64,000 nt of DNA from Mobula hypostoma (lineage: Eukaryota): positions 122,760,001-122,824,000 of the forward strand of contig NC_086105.1 of assembly GCF_963921235.1 (NCBI RefSeq). The letters are read 5' to 3'. How positions within the stretch are numbered: the stretch's first letter is position 1; every line of letters starts with the position of its first letter. The notes beneath the pieces were generated by a model that saw only the letters and a program-made list of their open reading frames with translations, was not told the origin of the DNA and did no database searches. This document shows, in pieces, positions 50,506-63,270 of this stretch. The translations under genes were made by a program, and so were the position numbers.

Positions 50506-50587
50506 ATACAATTTCTTACACTGAACAGAACTTGATTCCGTAAATTGATTCTTAATAGTAGGCAGGTTGTACAGCCATGAAATGATA
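50506..50587 (-). CDS. PLAT-gene putative exon 3
   Basis: cAG/GTAAGC, phase 1-2 open; SFHGCTTCLLLRINLRNQVLFSVRNC. Confidence 0.45.
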
Positions 50588-50617
50588 CTGTACAAAGTGA
50601 AGCTTTGTACATATATA

Positions 50618-50905
50618 ATCCCAGGACTGAAATAGCTAACACGAGAGGGCACAGTTTTAAGTTGCTTGGAAGTAGGTACAGAGGAGATGTCAGGGGTAAG
50701 TTTTTTTTTTACACAGAGAGTGGTGAGTGCGTGGAATGGGCTGCCGGCGACAGTGGTGGAGGCGGATACAATAGGGTCTTTTAAGAGACTCCTGGATAGG
50801 TACATGGAGCTTTGAAAAATAGGGGGCTATGGGTAACCCTAGGTAATTACTAAAGTAAGTACATGTTCGGCACGGCATCGTATGTGCTGTAGATTTTCTA
50901 TGTTA
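50618..50905 (+). mobile_element. CR1 3'-end fragment
   Basis: ANTRGHSFK motif, ..CAGAGAGTGGTGAGTGCGTGGAATG.., TTCTATG tail. Confidence 0.75.
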
Positions 50906-51530
50906 CTAATATCAAATATACATGTAACAGCACTCAAAATACTTCAACTGGTACTTTGTGCCTTAAAATGAATCTGCAAAATTCTCTCCATCCCTGCCCA
51001 TCCTCTATGATCAAAAACATGTTTGATTTCTAATGCATCCTAATTTTGATGAACATTAAATATTACTTTTTGTTTCAAATTGCTATTTCCAGGATTTTTA
51101 ATTCTTATTTTAATTGTAATTCAGAAATTAGGAATAGGATTACAGTCAGGATTTTGATTGTAAGCTAGGTGTGTTTTCACTGGGACCAAAGGAGATGGAG
51201 GGGAGACCGAACTGAGATGCAAAAATTATTAGGGACCCAGAAAGTTAAATGAAAAGGACATTTTACTCTAAGCAAAGAATTTAAAAAAGAGCCACAGAAG
51301 TAAGTCAGATAGTAGGAGGATCACAGAGATGAACAATATTTTTTTTTTGTCAGCCAATGAGTTGGAGGTAGAGTGGAGTGTGTGACTCATGGAAAACAAC
51401 TGTACGGCTATACATGGAAAACAGTCTGGTTAAAGAATGGAACTGCCAAGAAAAGCATGGCAATTATTAATTCCTCAAAGAAGCCAGTAGATAATAATTG
51501 ACCACAATAAAATTAATTTCAGTTACTTAC

Positions 51531-51650
51531 AGCAGTGTAGCCTCCAAATTTGTGGGATAAAGATATTATCTGCTCTCCAGTCAGCTATAACATTTTTGTT
51601 ATTTGCAGCCCCATGAATAAAACAAGTCTCTTCCTTTCTATGATACAGTC
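51531..51650 (-). CDS. PLAT-gene putative exon 2
   Basis: ctAG/GTAAGT; only phase 1-1 is open; LYHRKEETCFIHGAANNKNVIADWRADNIFIPQIWRLHC. Confidence 0.55.
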
Positions 51651-52223
51651 CTAGACAATCAAGTGAATGGCAGTTTTATGAGGAAAGAAAAATACTTCAA
51701 ATGTTGGGAATTTAAAATAAAAACCAAAAATGCTGGAAATATCAGGCAAAGTTTGAGAAAAGATGGTACTGTATTATGTATTACAGCAGTCTCCTAGAAC
51801 TTAAGTTTGATCCTGACTTCTGGTGCTCCTGTAGAGAGGCAGCTTATTGTCCCTGAGACGCTGTGGGTTTCACCTCAGTGTTCTGGCTTCCTCTCGCATC
51901 ACAAGGCTGTGCTGGTTTACAGTCTACTGATGGCGACCCTAATAGGTTGCACTGAAATAACTGGGAAACCAGATTATTGGGATTTGCTCTGAGAGCCAAC
52001 ATTGACTCAGCTGAGTGGTCTGCCCAATGCAATAAAATATGAAGGATGCTATCTGAACTTGTTTATAGTTTGATCTGTTCTGCTTTATGTCCGTTTGCAC
52101 ACTATACTGCTGCCCAATGACAGTAACAAGCAAACGTTTCAGCTTTTTTCACAAATAAAAAATCTCAGATCTCAAAGTCAAATCTCAGAAATTATCATTA
52201 GTGTGTAAATTAAAGTGACTTAC

Positions 52224-52251
52224 AAATTTTTGGCAACTGAATTGATAACAT
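52224..52251 (-). CDS. PLAT-gene putative first exon, 3' part (ATG 52251, MLSIQLPKI)
   Basis: GTAAGT donor next to the promoter; joining to exon 2 creates T|GA, so coding status is uncertain. Confidence 0.35.
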
Positions 52252-52254
52252 CCT

Positions 52255-52719
52255 TCGAAGAGACGAACATTTTTCAGACAATGCACTGGCAGCTTGTTCA
52301 GTTCAGGGAGAACCTCTGTTGCACCGCAGTGCCAAACATCTTCAGTGATGGGCGTCCGGTCTCCATGGCAAACTGGAGAGGCGGGCAAGAGGCAGCGAAT
52401 TGATTGACAGTCACAGCATCCCATAAACAGGCAGCTTTGGGGCCGCTAGTCACCAATAGAAAGGGTGGAGGCCGGGTCTTTCAGTGGAGACGAGGGTGTT
52501 CGAATTAGTTTTTATCCCCAAAAGAGAAATAAGTGTCTATTCTTATAGTACGAAATAAAATGCAACTTGTAACTACTCGCGTTCTTGCAAGTTGATCACT
52601 TGTAGTAGGTGTCACGACCGATCTTTGCACTTTGGTGGAGGCACATGTTAGGTAACCAGTGAATAAAGGACCCAGTGAGATTGGGCCTGGGGGGTGTGTA
52701 GAGCCGGGAGTTTGCGTTC
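52255..52719. promoter_or_regulatory. Probable bidirectional promoter (COQ7 / PLAT gene)
   Basis: Less than 500 bp between divergent first exons; local CpG enrichment; GGCGGG at about 52380, CCAAT at 52453-52457, imperfect RFX X-box GTCTCCATGGCAAAC at 52359-52373. Confidence 0.6.
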
Positions 52720-52968
52720 ATGGAGAGAGTGGCTACTTCTGCTCTGCTGCTGGTCAGAAATGGCAGGCCCGGCTTGCTGCTGCAGCGGCAGTGCGCGGGG
52801 TTTTACTGGAAGGGAATGCGGAGAGCTCGCGGTCTGAGCAGCCAGGCTGAAAGGCAAATGCTGGGGAGGATCATACGAGTGGATCATGCGGGGGAATACG
52901 GGGCGAATCGTATTTATGCGGGCCAGATGGCGGTGTTAGGCAAAACTTCGGTGGGGCCAGTGATCCAG
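52720..52968 (+). CDS. COQ7: 5-demethoxyubiquinone hydroxylase, coding exon 1 (targeting peptide plus first helix)
   Basis: RIIRVDHAGEYGANRIYAGQMAVLGKTSVGPVIQ, CAG|GT donor; Arg-rich N-terminus. Confidence 0.96.
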
Positions 52969-54024
52969 GTTGGTATAGAACAGTGCAGCACGAACGAGCC
53001 CTTCGGCCCGTGATGCGGAACCAAACTAAACTAATTATTTCGTCTTACACAGAGGTCTTAACAGTCCATTCTCTGCACATTAAGCTCTAATGCGAGAGTT
53101 ATCTAAGAGTTTAAATACCTCTGCCTTCACTACCACTCAGCAGTACATTCCAGGCGCCCATCTCCTTTCAATTAAGCAATTGTACTCCTGGGATTGTATC
53201 AAGAATGTCAGGTCCTTTTTTAATCTAATCATTCAATCAAAGAGCGTAGTTAATTTCCACGTTGATTGCACTTGTCAGGTGAGGTGAGTCGGACCGTTTG
53301 GATTGTTTACTCCAGTTGTTGCACTAAACCACACATCAATCTCAGCAGCATTTTTGCTACATTTTGTCAAGATTTGGTGAATTTAAATTGCAGTTTTGAA
53401 ATCGAGTTTGTACTTCTGTCGTAGTTGTCGCCTAACTTATCCTTTGACATTTAGCTGTTTAAAATCATTTATGAATAATGCAGTAGATAGTGAAAACAAA
53501 AGAAATAGAAACAAGCTCTTCACAGCTATTAACTATTTTATATATTTTGCTGCTGTAACCCCTATCCAAACATCTATATGTCCTGCCTAGGTTACGAATG
53601 TCTGAAATGTATTGATATTCTGTACATATGAATATGCTGTCATCAATTTTTATTACTTTAAAAACAGAACCAGTCTTGTGTGAGGAAGAATGGTGTGAGC
53701 CCTGTTTATATGTTATCATTCTGCAGTAATTGACACCATTATCTCTTAAAAACACAGATCTCAGGTTTTTCAACAGGAGGCCACTTAAAATGAGCTGCTC
53801 TGGAAAATTGATAAGCAATTGCTTCAATTGATACTTGTACAACAATGCTCTCTTAAACAGTGCAGCTGTATTAATATTTCAAGCCAATCAAAAGTAGCCA
53901 TTGAGCTTTGGTAACCCACAAAGGAACTGAGCATGTCAAACAAAAATATGTATAAACCACACTAGGTTTAGATTAGGAGCCTATATCCTTTGTAAGTTAA
54001 CTGAAATCAACACTCATTTTACAG

Positions 54025-54139
54025 CAAATGTGGGATCAAGAAAAGGAGCATCTGGAGAAATTCAATGAAATGATGGTTGATCACAGAGTTCGACCAACCC
54101 TGCTTATACCTATCTGGAATATTGCAGGGTTCATGTTGG
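54025..54139 (+). CDS. COQ7: COQ7 coding exon 2
   Basis: QMWDQEKEHLEKFNEMMVDHRVRPTLLIPIWNIAGFML(G); AG/GT; ExxH motif. Confidence 0.97.
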
Positions 54140-54561
54140 GTAAATATTTGTATTTTTCAAAGTCACTTACACATTCAATCAATTTAAATGTTACAATGAA
54201 AACTCACAAGTAGCTGCAGGATAACTCCAGTGGGTCTTTTCAATGCTGTAACTGGTGTTCTGTAAAAATAACTGCATTTTTCACTTAGGTAATATATGAC
54301 TGTACAATTTGACTAATTGATTTCAGTTGCTCAGATAGCTATGCTTTATCATCTGCAGCCTTTTCTCAACAAAACTGATTATTCCCTATCCCATTGTTTG
54401 AACATCCTGGTGGTTCAGCATTTACTTCACTTATAATAAAACAGTAATTTTTCTTGATTCACTGCAACCAATGTATGTATTTCATTTGTGGTTGTTGATG
54501 TTGAAACGATGTGTGGTTGCTGAGCTGATCATATTTTTTTTAATGTCTTTTTTTTTAACAG

Positions 54562-54701
54562 GAGCTGGAACAGCTCTTTTAGGAAAGGAGGGTGCCATGG
54601 CCTGTACTGTAGCAGTAGAAGAGAGTATATCAAATCATTATAACAATCAGATTAGGACATTAATGGAAGATGATCCAGAAAGACACAAAGAATTACTTGA
54701 A
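54562..54701 (+). CDS. COQ7: COQ7 coding exon 3
   Basis: [46 protein letters not shown]; AG/GTGAG. Confidence 0.97.
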
Positions 54702-55698
54702 GTGAGCATTCTTTTTATTTAAGCAAGATAATTACATCTTTGAGTTATGTGATGGTCAGAAATATTTAAACGCACTAACACAGAGCAATAACTTATGAAT
54801 AATAGTTACCATTAATACGTCATGATCTGAGCCATCTATGAAACACTGCGTTGTAAATTTCAATCTTTCTGGCATTGTTTACCAGTGAATTTTTCCTGGA
54901 GTCCCCGTGAAATAAATTGAGGAATACCTGCCATCCCTTGCCTTATTGCAAGTTAAAAGAGCAAATACATTGAATAAAATTAAGTTGAGTAAGTAGTACG
55001 ATGAGTGCCCATTAATTCAAATCTCAAATGGATACATAAGATAAAAGAACATAAGTCTCATCATAAATTGAAATGAAAAATTGCAAGTGCAATATGGTTT
55101 GTTCTTAATGAGACAGGAGTGAAGACATTTATTAAATACAGTACATCTGTGTGAGTACTGTGCTACATCTATGATTGTTTCCTGGTTTAATTGAGTCACA
55201 AATATAATATTCATTCCTTAACATCTTCTCTAACTACCTACTAGGTACGTTCACAATCTCTATTAAAAACGTAGTATGTTGCATGCATCCAACCAGCACC
55301 ATGCTGTTCAGTGTTAATACATAATTATTCTTTTCATGATTATTTTCCTCATGGTGTTTAATGTTATTGAAATAATACAGTCAAACTTAAATATAGCTGC
55401 AGCTAATATTAAGCTTAGAAGCAGTATAGTTCTGTGGATGTTTCTGCAGAATTGCTCAATGGGGGCAACAAATTTTTACTATGTCAATCTCAGCATAACC
55501 TGTGTTAAAGAAATTTTTATTCTCATAAGGTCCTTTGAACTGTTCAGGAGCCACTAAAATGTTTCTTTGTGTAGATGTTGCCCAAGACCTAGGGGGAAGC
55601 AGCAATGTAGTACTTTCTGTTTGCAGGTTTAATGCCCCTGGCTTCATTGCACTCAATCGGATAATGGGATACATTGAAAAGATATTTTATTGACAAAT

Positions 55699-55790
55699 TG
55701 ACGAAGGGTCTCGGCCTGAAACGTCGACTGCACCTCTTCCTAGAGATGCTGCCTGGCCTGCTGCGTTCACCAGCAACTTTGATGTGTGTT
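55699..55790 (+). mobile_element. PLE terminus truncated inside the hammerhead core, in COQ7 intron 3
   Basis: TGACGAAGGGTCTCGGCCTGAAACGTCGACT.. is near-identical to 34096-34185 but lacks C3 and the 5' strand of stem I. Confidence 0.85.
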
Positions 55791-56187
55791 GATGTAACAG
55801 TGCTGTTGTTTAACTTAAGCTTTATAATGTATCTCTTCTATAGCAGGCAGCAAAATTCAATATGGTTCTGTGTAGTTATTATTTTATGAATTACACATGT
55901 TTAGAATGTGAAAAATTAGTAGAGATCATGCTTTCATTTTTCCAAAAGTACTTAATTTTACATCAGAGAATCAAGAGGATGTACTGTATATGTAATGCAG
56001 TCAAATTCAAATGTTCTTGTTCCAGACTTGAGCACAAACTTAATAAACCACTGGTAAAGAAGTTGTAATAGTAAAAATATTTAATTTGGCTCATTTGTGG
56101 CTTTAAGTTATTCAATAAAATGATATTTAGTCTCAAAATATATTATCTTTATACCATTATCAAAGGTTACCCCTACTTTTGTTTCAG

Positions 56188-56256
56188 GTTTTAAAGAAGT
56201 TCAGAGATGAAGAACTGGAACATCATGACACTGGATTAGCCCATGACGCAGAATTG
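56188..56256 (+). CDS. COQ7: COQ7 coding exon 4
   Basis: VLKKFRDEELEHHDTGLAHDAEL; second ExxH; AG/GT. Confidence 0.97.
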
Positions 56257-56924
56257 GTAGGCTGTTAGCTGATGTAAATTTATTGCCCGTTGGGTGACCC
56301 CATTATGACAAATTATGGTGCAGTAGTTTATTTCTCATAGTCTCAGCATATGATTTGACTCCAGATAAATAAACTTGAGAGGGGGCAATATCAAAGAACA
56401 AATACTCCCCTGCAGTGACTGAAAGAAATACGATTTGGTACCTGGGGTAATGGTCCAACACATTTTGGTGATTAGTTGAAAAGCTATATTTCTATCTTTG
56501 GTGCACTGGTACCCACTGTGATGCTGGGTGACCTAAGTGTGGGGAATGAAAAGAGTCAATCACTGTAGTAAAATGTCTTTCTTTTTGAAACTCATTATCT
56601 TGAAACCAATATCCACTGGTCTTCATTGCTGACTTTAATGGTGACTGGAGCTCAGTCTACTGGAGGCAGTAGACTACAACAGCCTGATGCTGATAGCAAT
56701 TGGATATGGAAAACAAAGGTGCTGCTTTTAGGGATCTAGAGTCAGACCACGTAGAGCTTCTGACATCAAATGGAAGCAGTGACAATACTGGTACCTCTGG
56801 AAGCCTTTCAGATCATAGAATAACATCGGTGGTATTTTTTAAAATTTAGACATCATCTTGATAGCATCATTTTTATTCATAGTTGAAAATATATTTTAAA
56901 GTAAGAATAAGGAAGAGTTATTTT

Positions 56925-59900
56925 CTTTAGTTCGCCTAATGCAAAGTAACCACTACTTCACAAGTTTAATCACTGGATCCATCTGAGGATCTGGTGCAGG
57001 GGGCAGGGTTTCAGATTTCTGGATCATTGGGATCTCTTCTGGGGAGGGTATGTATGACCTGTACAAAAAGGACAGGTTGCACCTGAACCTGAGGTTGCAA
57101 AAAAAAAACTACCCTTGCAGGCAGCTTTGCTGGAGCTGTTGGGGAGGACTTAAACTAAGTTGGCAGGGGGATGAGAACTGGATGAGGGCTGAGAATAGAA
57201 ATTTGCAGTCAGTGGAATGAGTTGCAGTATAACATGGGGGCAAAACAGAAAAGGGTGATGTTCTATTTGAGTGCATTCAATATATGGAATAAATTAGATG
57301 ATCTTTAGCCCAGGTATGACATAGTGGGCATCACTAAGTCATGGCTGAAAGATGATCATAGTTGGGAGTTTAACATCCAAGGATACACATTGTATTGAGA
57401 GGACAGGCAGGTAAGCAGAGGTGGTGATGTGGCTTTGTTGCTAAAAAATGAAATCAAATAAACAGGTGACATAGGATTGGAAGATGTAGAATCCTTGTGG
57501 CTAGAGTTAAGAAACTGTAATGGTAAAAAGACCCTGAAGGGAGATGTATAGAGGCCTCTGAACAGTAGTCAGGATATGGGATATAAATTACAATGAGAGA
57601 GATAAAAGATATATAAAAAGAATTTCAATATGCAGGTGGATTGGCAAAATTGGGTTGATGATGGATCCCAAGAGAGGGAATTTTTAGAATGCCGATGAAA
57701 TGACTTACAAAATGACTTTTGAACTTGAAAGTTCAATGTAAATTTATTATCAAAGTACATATATGTTGCCTTATACAGCCCTGAGATTAATTTTTTTGCG
57801 GCAATTACAGTAAATACAAGAAATACCGTAGAATCAATGTAAGACCAACCAATATGCAAAAAAAACCAAAGTCCAAATAGAAAAAGAAATAGAAAAAAGA
57901 AACAGTAATAAAAATAATAATAATAAATAATTAAACAATAAACTTGAGGACATGAAATGAAGTGTCCTTGAAAGTGAGTACACAGGTTGTGGGAGCAGCT
58001 CAGTAATGGGGAAAATGAAGTTGAGTGAAGTTATCCTCTCTGGTTCAAGAGCCTGATGGTTGAGGGGTAAAAACTGTTCCTGAGCCCGGTGTTGCAGGTC
58101 CTGAGTCTACGGTACCTTTTTCCTGATTGTAGCAGTGAGAAGAGAGCACTAGATGGTGGGGATCCTTGATGGTAGATGATGCTTTCCTGCAACAGCACTC
58201 TGTGCAGATGTGCTCAATGGTTGGCAGGTTCTTATCTGTGATGGACTAGCTCATATCCATTTGTAAACTTTTTCATCCAAAGGTGTTTCTATACCAGGCC
58301 ATGATGCAACCAGTCAATATCCTCTCCACTGTGAAGTTTGTCAAGGTTTTAAAATGACATGCCAAATCTTTGCAAACCTCTAAGAAAGTAGAGGCATTAC
58401 CATGCTTTTCTCGTAATGGCACTTACCTGCTGAACTGAGGACAGATCCTCTGAAATGATAGCGCCAAGGAATTTAAAGTTGCTGATCCTCTCCACCTCTG
58501 ATCCTCTGTTGAGGACTGGCTCATGGACCTCCGGTTTTCTCCTCCTGAAGCCAATAATCATCTCCTTGGTCTTGCTGACATTGACTGAAAGGTTCTTGTG
58601 GTACCACTCATCCAGATTTTCAATCTAGCCTCTTAGCTGATTCGCCACCACCTTTGATTTGGCCAATGACAGTGGTGTCATCAGGAAACTTCAGTATGAC
58701 ATTGGAGCTGTACTTGGCCTCACAGTCATAAGTATAAAGCAAATAGAGCAGAGGACTAAGCACCCAGCCTTGTGTTGCATCTGTGTTGATGGAGATTGTG
58801 GAGGAGATATTGTTGCCAATCTGAACTGACTGAGGTTTGCAAGCAAGGAGGTTTTGAGGCCGAGGTCTTGAGTGATTAGTTTTGAGGGGCTGATGGTATT
58901 GAATGCTGAGCTGTAATCAATGAAGAACATCCTGATGTATGCATTTCGCTGTCCAAGTGTTCCAGGATTGAGTGAAGAGCCAATACAATGGTATCTGCTG
59001 ATGACCTGTTTTGACAGTAGGCAGCTTGGAGCGGATCCAATTTGCTTTTTGGGCAGGAGTTGATGTATTTTGTCAGCAACCTCTCAGAGCACTTCATCAC
59101 AGTAGATGTAAGTGATATTGGATGATAGTCATTATGGCAGGTTACCATGTTCTTCTTAGGCACCTTATAATTGAAGCCGGTTTTGAAGCAAATATGTACC
59201 TCAGACTGTCGCAGTGTGAGGTTAAAGATATTGTTGATCAGCACAGGTCTTCGATGCCCAGCCAGGTACCCTGTCTGTGCTTATGCTTTCTGTGGGTTCT
59301 CCCTCCTAAAGGACGCTCTGATGTCAGCCTCGGATCGAAATCACGGTCAACAGGAGCTGTGGGAGTTCGTGAAGGTACCTCCATGTTTTGATGGTCAAAG
59401 CGAGCATAAAAGGCATTGAGCTCTGGGGGCAAAGGCTTGTTGTGGCCTATGTCACTTGGTTTCACTTGTAGGAGATGATGGTATTCAAGTCCTGCCACAG
59501 CTGTCAAGCCTCCTTCAGTGATTCATATTTGTTTCAAAATTGGCACTTCACATGTGAGGTGGCTTTCTGAGATTGTACCTGGACCCTTTGTATTTAACTT
59601 GGTCACCAGGCCTGAATACCACTTCAGTCTTCTGGTTAGGGAAGACTGAATGATCTTGTGGGGACACACTCATCTACGACTGTCTTTATAAAGTTCTCGA
59701 CAACCGTGATGTTTTCGTTCAGATCCTCTGAGTCCTGAGTCCAAGGCACAGTTCATCGAGAAGCAATCCCATAGCCGCTCCTGTACCTCTCACAACCAAC
59801 TCTTTGTTACCTTTATCTCTGTAGCCTCTGCTTGCATGCAGGTAGGAGAAGATCAGCTAAGTGATCAGATTTTCAGAAATGTGGTCTAAGCATGGAATGG

Positions 59901-61645
59901 TAGGCATTTCTAATCATACCTTAATAGTGGTTGAAAGTGTTGGGATCCCAGGTGCTGCAGTTGATGTGTTGATGATAATTGTGCAGAGATTTCTTCAAAC
60001 AAGCCTGATTGAAGCCCCTGACAATGGCATCAGGCTAGGCTGTTCCTTGTTTCCTGATGGTGACACTCAATATCTCAAGTGCCTGCTTAACATCAGCCTT
60101 GGGTGATAAGTAAACTGCGATCAGAATCACAGAGAACTCTCTTGGTAAGTAGAACGGTCAGCATAAAATCATTAGATGTTTCAGGTTGAGGGAACAAGAG
60201 TGTGACAAGACCACTGTGTCTGGGCAACACAAAAATTTTATCAGGAAACACAGATTTCAGGATATATATGAAATATCATAGGCAAAATCAGCAGTCCGGG
60301 TATGGAGAAACCCTAAGGTCTTAACAACGTATCCAGCGTGTGCTGAATGAGCTATGTCTCCGTGAAGCACAAAACACAGCAATTTCTCATTTCCCTCTGA
60401 TGTAACAATCTTGCCCTTAAGTCCTCAATCTTCTCCAGTGACTACATTTGCTAACAAGATGGTGGGTAGAGGACGTTTCATTCCCTGGTGTTCTGGTCTG
60501 ACTTGGAATCATCCTGTCCTTTCACTGTTCAGTGTACCTTCATCTGCTTAAAGGTGGGTTAAGTCCACCGAGTCCTTCAGAAGATTGATCATGAAATTGC
60601 TAGTTCATTATGGCGGTTCAAAATTACATTACTTAAAGGGAAATTGCAGTCTGTAGGTTGCGGTGGGAGTAGTTTAAAAGAAGTATAATTTGAAGTTTTG
60701 TGAGCTGCCTGCATACCATCACCGTGGTTCACCAGTACCATCTTGCAAAGGATTATGTTTGTATTTGAGTCCACTAGGTTAAAGGCAATTCTGGATTGGG
60801 TGGTGTATAATGAAACAGATTTGATTAGGGAGCTGAGGTAAAGGAACCCTTGGGCAGTGATCATAATATGATAGAATTCACCCTGCAGTTGGATAGAAGA
60901 TAAAGTCAGATGTACCAGTATTACAGTAGGGTGAAGGGAATTACAGAAGTATGAGAGAGGAGCTGGCCAAAGTTGATTGAATGGGGTCACTAGCAGGGAT
61001 GACGGCAGAATGGCAGGGGCTGAAGATTCAGGGAGCAGTTCAGAAGGTGCAGTATAGATACATCCCAAAGATACTGAAGTATTCTAAAGGGAGGATGAGG
61101 CAACCGTGACTGACAAGGGAAAGCAAAGACAGCATAAAGGCAAAGAGAGGACTTAGAGCAAAAATTAGTGGGAATTTAGAAGATTAGGAAGCTTTCAAAA
61201 ACCAGCAGAAGACATCTAAAAAAGCCATAAAGCGAGGAAAAAGATGAGATATGAAGGTAAGCTACTCAATATAAGAGAGGATACCAAAAGATTTTTCAGA
61301 TATATAAAATGTAAAAGAGAGGCGAGAGTGGATATTGGCCGCTGGATAAGTAGTAATGGTGCTCACGGCAGTGGCAGGCGACCTTTGTGTCAGTTTTCAC
61401 TGTAGAGGTCACTAGCCACCAGAAATCCAAGTGTGTCAGGGTACATTATTTGGGATTACTGTGGAGAAGGTGCTTGAAAAACTGGAAGGTTTGAAGGTAG
61501 ATAAATTATCTCGACCAGATGGACTGTACTCCAGAGTTCTGAAAGAGGTAGCTGAAGAAGATTGTGGACGCATTAGTAATGATCTTTCAAGAATCACTAG
61601 GTTCTGAAATGGTTCCGGAGGACTGGAAAATTACATATGTCACAA
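56925..61645 (+). mobile_element. Decayed CR1 (ORF1 end, endonuclease, RT start) split by a Rex1-like insertion
   Basis: DRLHLN, GYTLY*EDR..RGGDVALL and GDV*RP motifs at 57.0-57.7 kb; continues at 60640-61645 (SEMVPEDWK). Confidence 0.7.
57725..60590 (-). mobile_element. Rex1/Babar-like LINE, decayed
   Basis: FFIDYSSAFNTI, NDYHPISLTSTVMKC, LDPLQAAY, PELNAFYARF on the minus strand; AATAAA at the 3' end. Confidence 0.85.
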
Positions 61646-61649
61646 TCAG

Positions 61650-62105
61650 AAGAGATTCCGCAGATGCTGCAAATCCAGAACAACAAACACAATGCTGGTG
61701 GAACTCCGCAGGTCAAGCAGCATCTATAGAAATGAATAGACAATCAACATTTTGGCCCAAGACACTTCTTCAGGACTGGAAAAGAAGGGGAAAGATACCA
61801 GAATAAAAAGGCAGGGGAAGGGGAAGGAAGACTGGCTGGAAGATGATGGGTGAATCCAGGTGGGTGGGAAAGGTAAAGGCCTGCTTTAGAAGGAATCTCA
61901 TAGGAGAGGAGACTGGACCATGGGAGGAAGAAGGAGGGGCATCAAGGGGAGGTTATAGGCAGCTGAAGAGAAGAGGTAAGAAGGTCAGAGTGGGGAATGA
62001 AGGAAGGGGGAAGGGAAAGAAGAATTACCAGAAGGAGAAACTGATATTCATACCATAGGGTTGGAGGTTATCCAGATGGAGTATGAGGTGTTGCTCTTCA
62101 ATCTT
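61650..62105 (-). mobile_element. PLE 3' fragment with degenerate hammerhead (61742-61777)
   Basis: Same family as 5438-6130 and 26950-27442. Confidence 0.75.
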
Positions 62106-62379
62106 GAAGCTCAAACTTGATAGGTTCTTGATTAGTCTGGGCACCAAAGGTTACAGAGAGAAGACAGAAGAATGGGGTTGGAAGGGACAATAAATGAACC
62201 ATGTTGGAATGGCGAAGCAACTTGGGTCAAATGACCTAATTCTGTCTTCCATGGTTTATGCTGTTGTGTTGCAATCCATAAGATCATTAAACCATATTTT
62301 TCTCAGTTTGTCGTCAAATGGATTTGTGCTCATAGGATAAGTTTGAAAGCTCCTGAGCTTCTGAATTGAGCAAGTCTCA

Positions 62380-63270
62380 GAGTGAGGTTTAATATCACTG
62401 GCATATGTTGTGAAATTTGTTGTCTTTGCAGCAGCAGTACAATACAATACATAATGGCAAAAAAGCTGAATTACAGTGTGTGTATGTGTATATTTAAATA
62501 GTACTGCAAGATAGGAATAAAAAAAAAAGTGACACAGTGTTAATTGGTTCAATGTCCATTCAGAAATCTGATGGCAAAGGGAAAGAAGTGGTTCCTGAAT
62601 CGTTGAGTGTGTGCCTTCGGGTTTCTGTACCCCCTTCCTGATAGTAGCAATGAGAACAAGCCATGACATAGTGATGGGTGTCTTTAATGATGGATGCTCC
62701 CTTTTTTTTTGAGGCATCACTCCTTGAAGACGTCCTCGATACTGTGGAGGCTAGTGCCCATGAGGGGACTGGCTAAGTTTACAAATCTCTGCAGCTTATT
62801 TTGATCTTGTGCAGTAGCAACCCCCCCCCCCCCAATACCAGACAGTGATACAGCCAGATAGAATGGAAGTTTGCAAGTGTTTTTGATTGTATACCAAATC
62901 TCCTCAAACTTCTAATGAAATATAGCTGCCTTTGTGCCTACTTTGTAGCTGCATCGATATGTTGGATCCAGAGTAGATCCTCGGAGCTATTGACACCCAG
63001 GAACTTGGAATTGCTCACTCTTTCCACTTCTGATTCCTCTGAGGCCTGGTGTGTGTTCTCTCAACTTACCCTTTCTGAAGTCCACAATCGGTTCTTTGGT
63101 CTTCTGCTGCAACACCGCTGATTTATCTCGCTCCTGTACACCATCTGAAATTATGCTAACAATAGATGTATTGTCAGAAAATTTATTTATGGTATTTGAG
63201 CTGTGCCTAGCCTCACAGTCATGGGTGTAGAGAGAGATTAGCAATGGGTTAAGCACACATCACTAAGGTG
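62380..63270 (-). mobile_element. Rex1/Babar-like 3' fragment
   Basis: LNPLLISLYTHDC..KFSDNTSIV, KTKEPIVDFRK. Confidence 0.78.

Noticed and set aside
52185-52424. Cys-rich 79-aa minus-strand ORF as the coding first exon
   Set aside because: A phase-0 join to exon 2 stops after 21 codons; at most a uORF.
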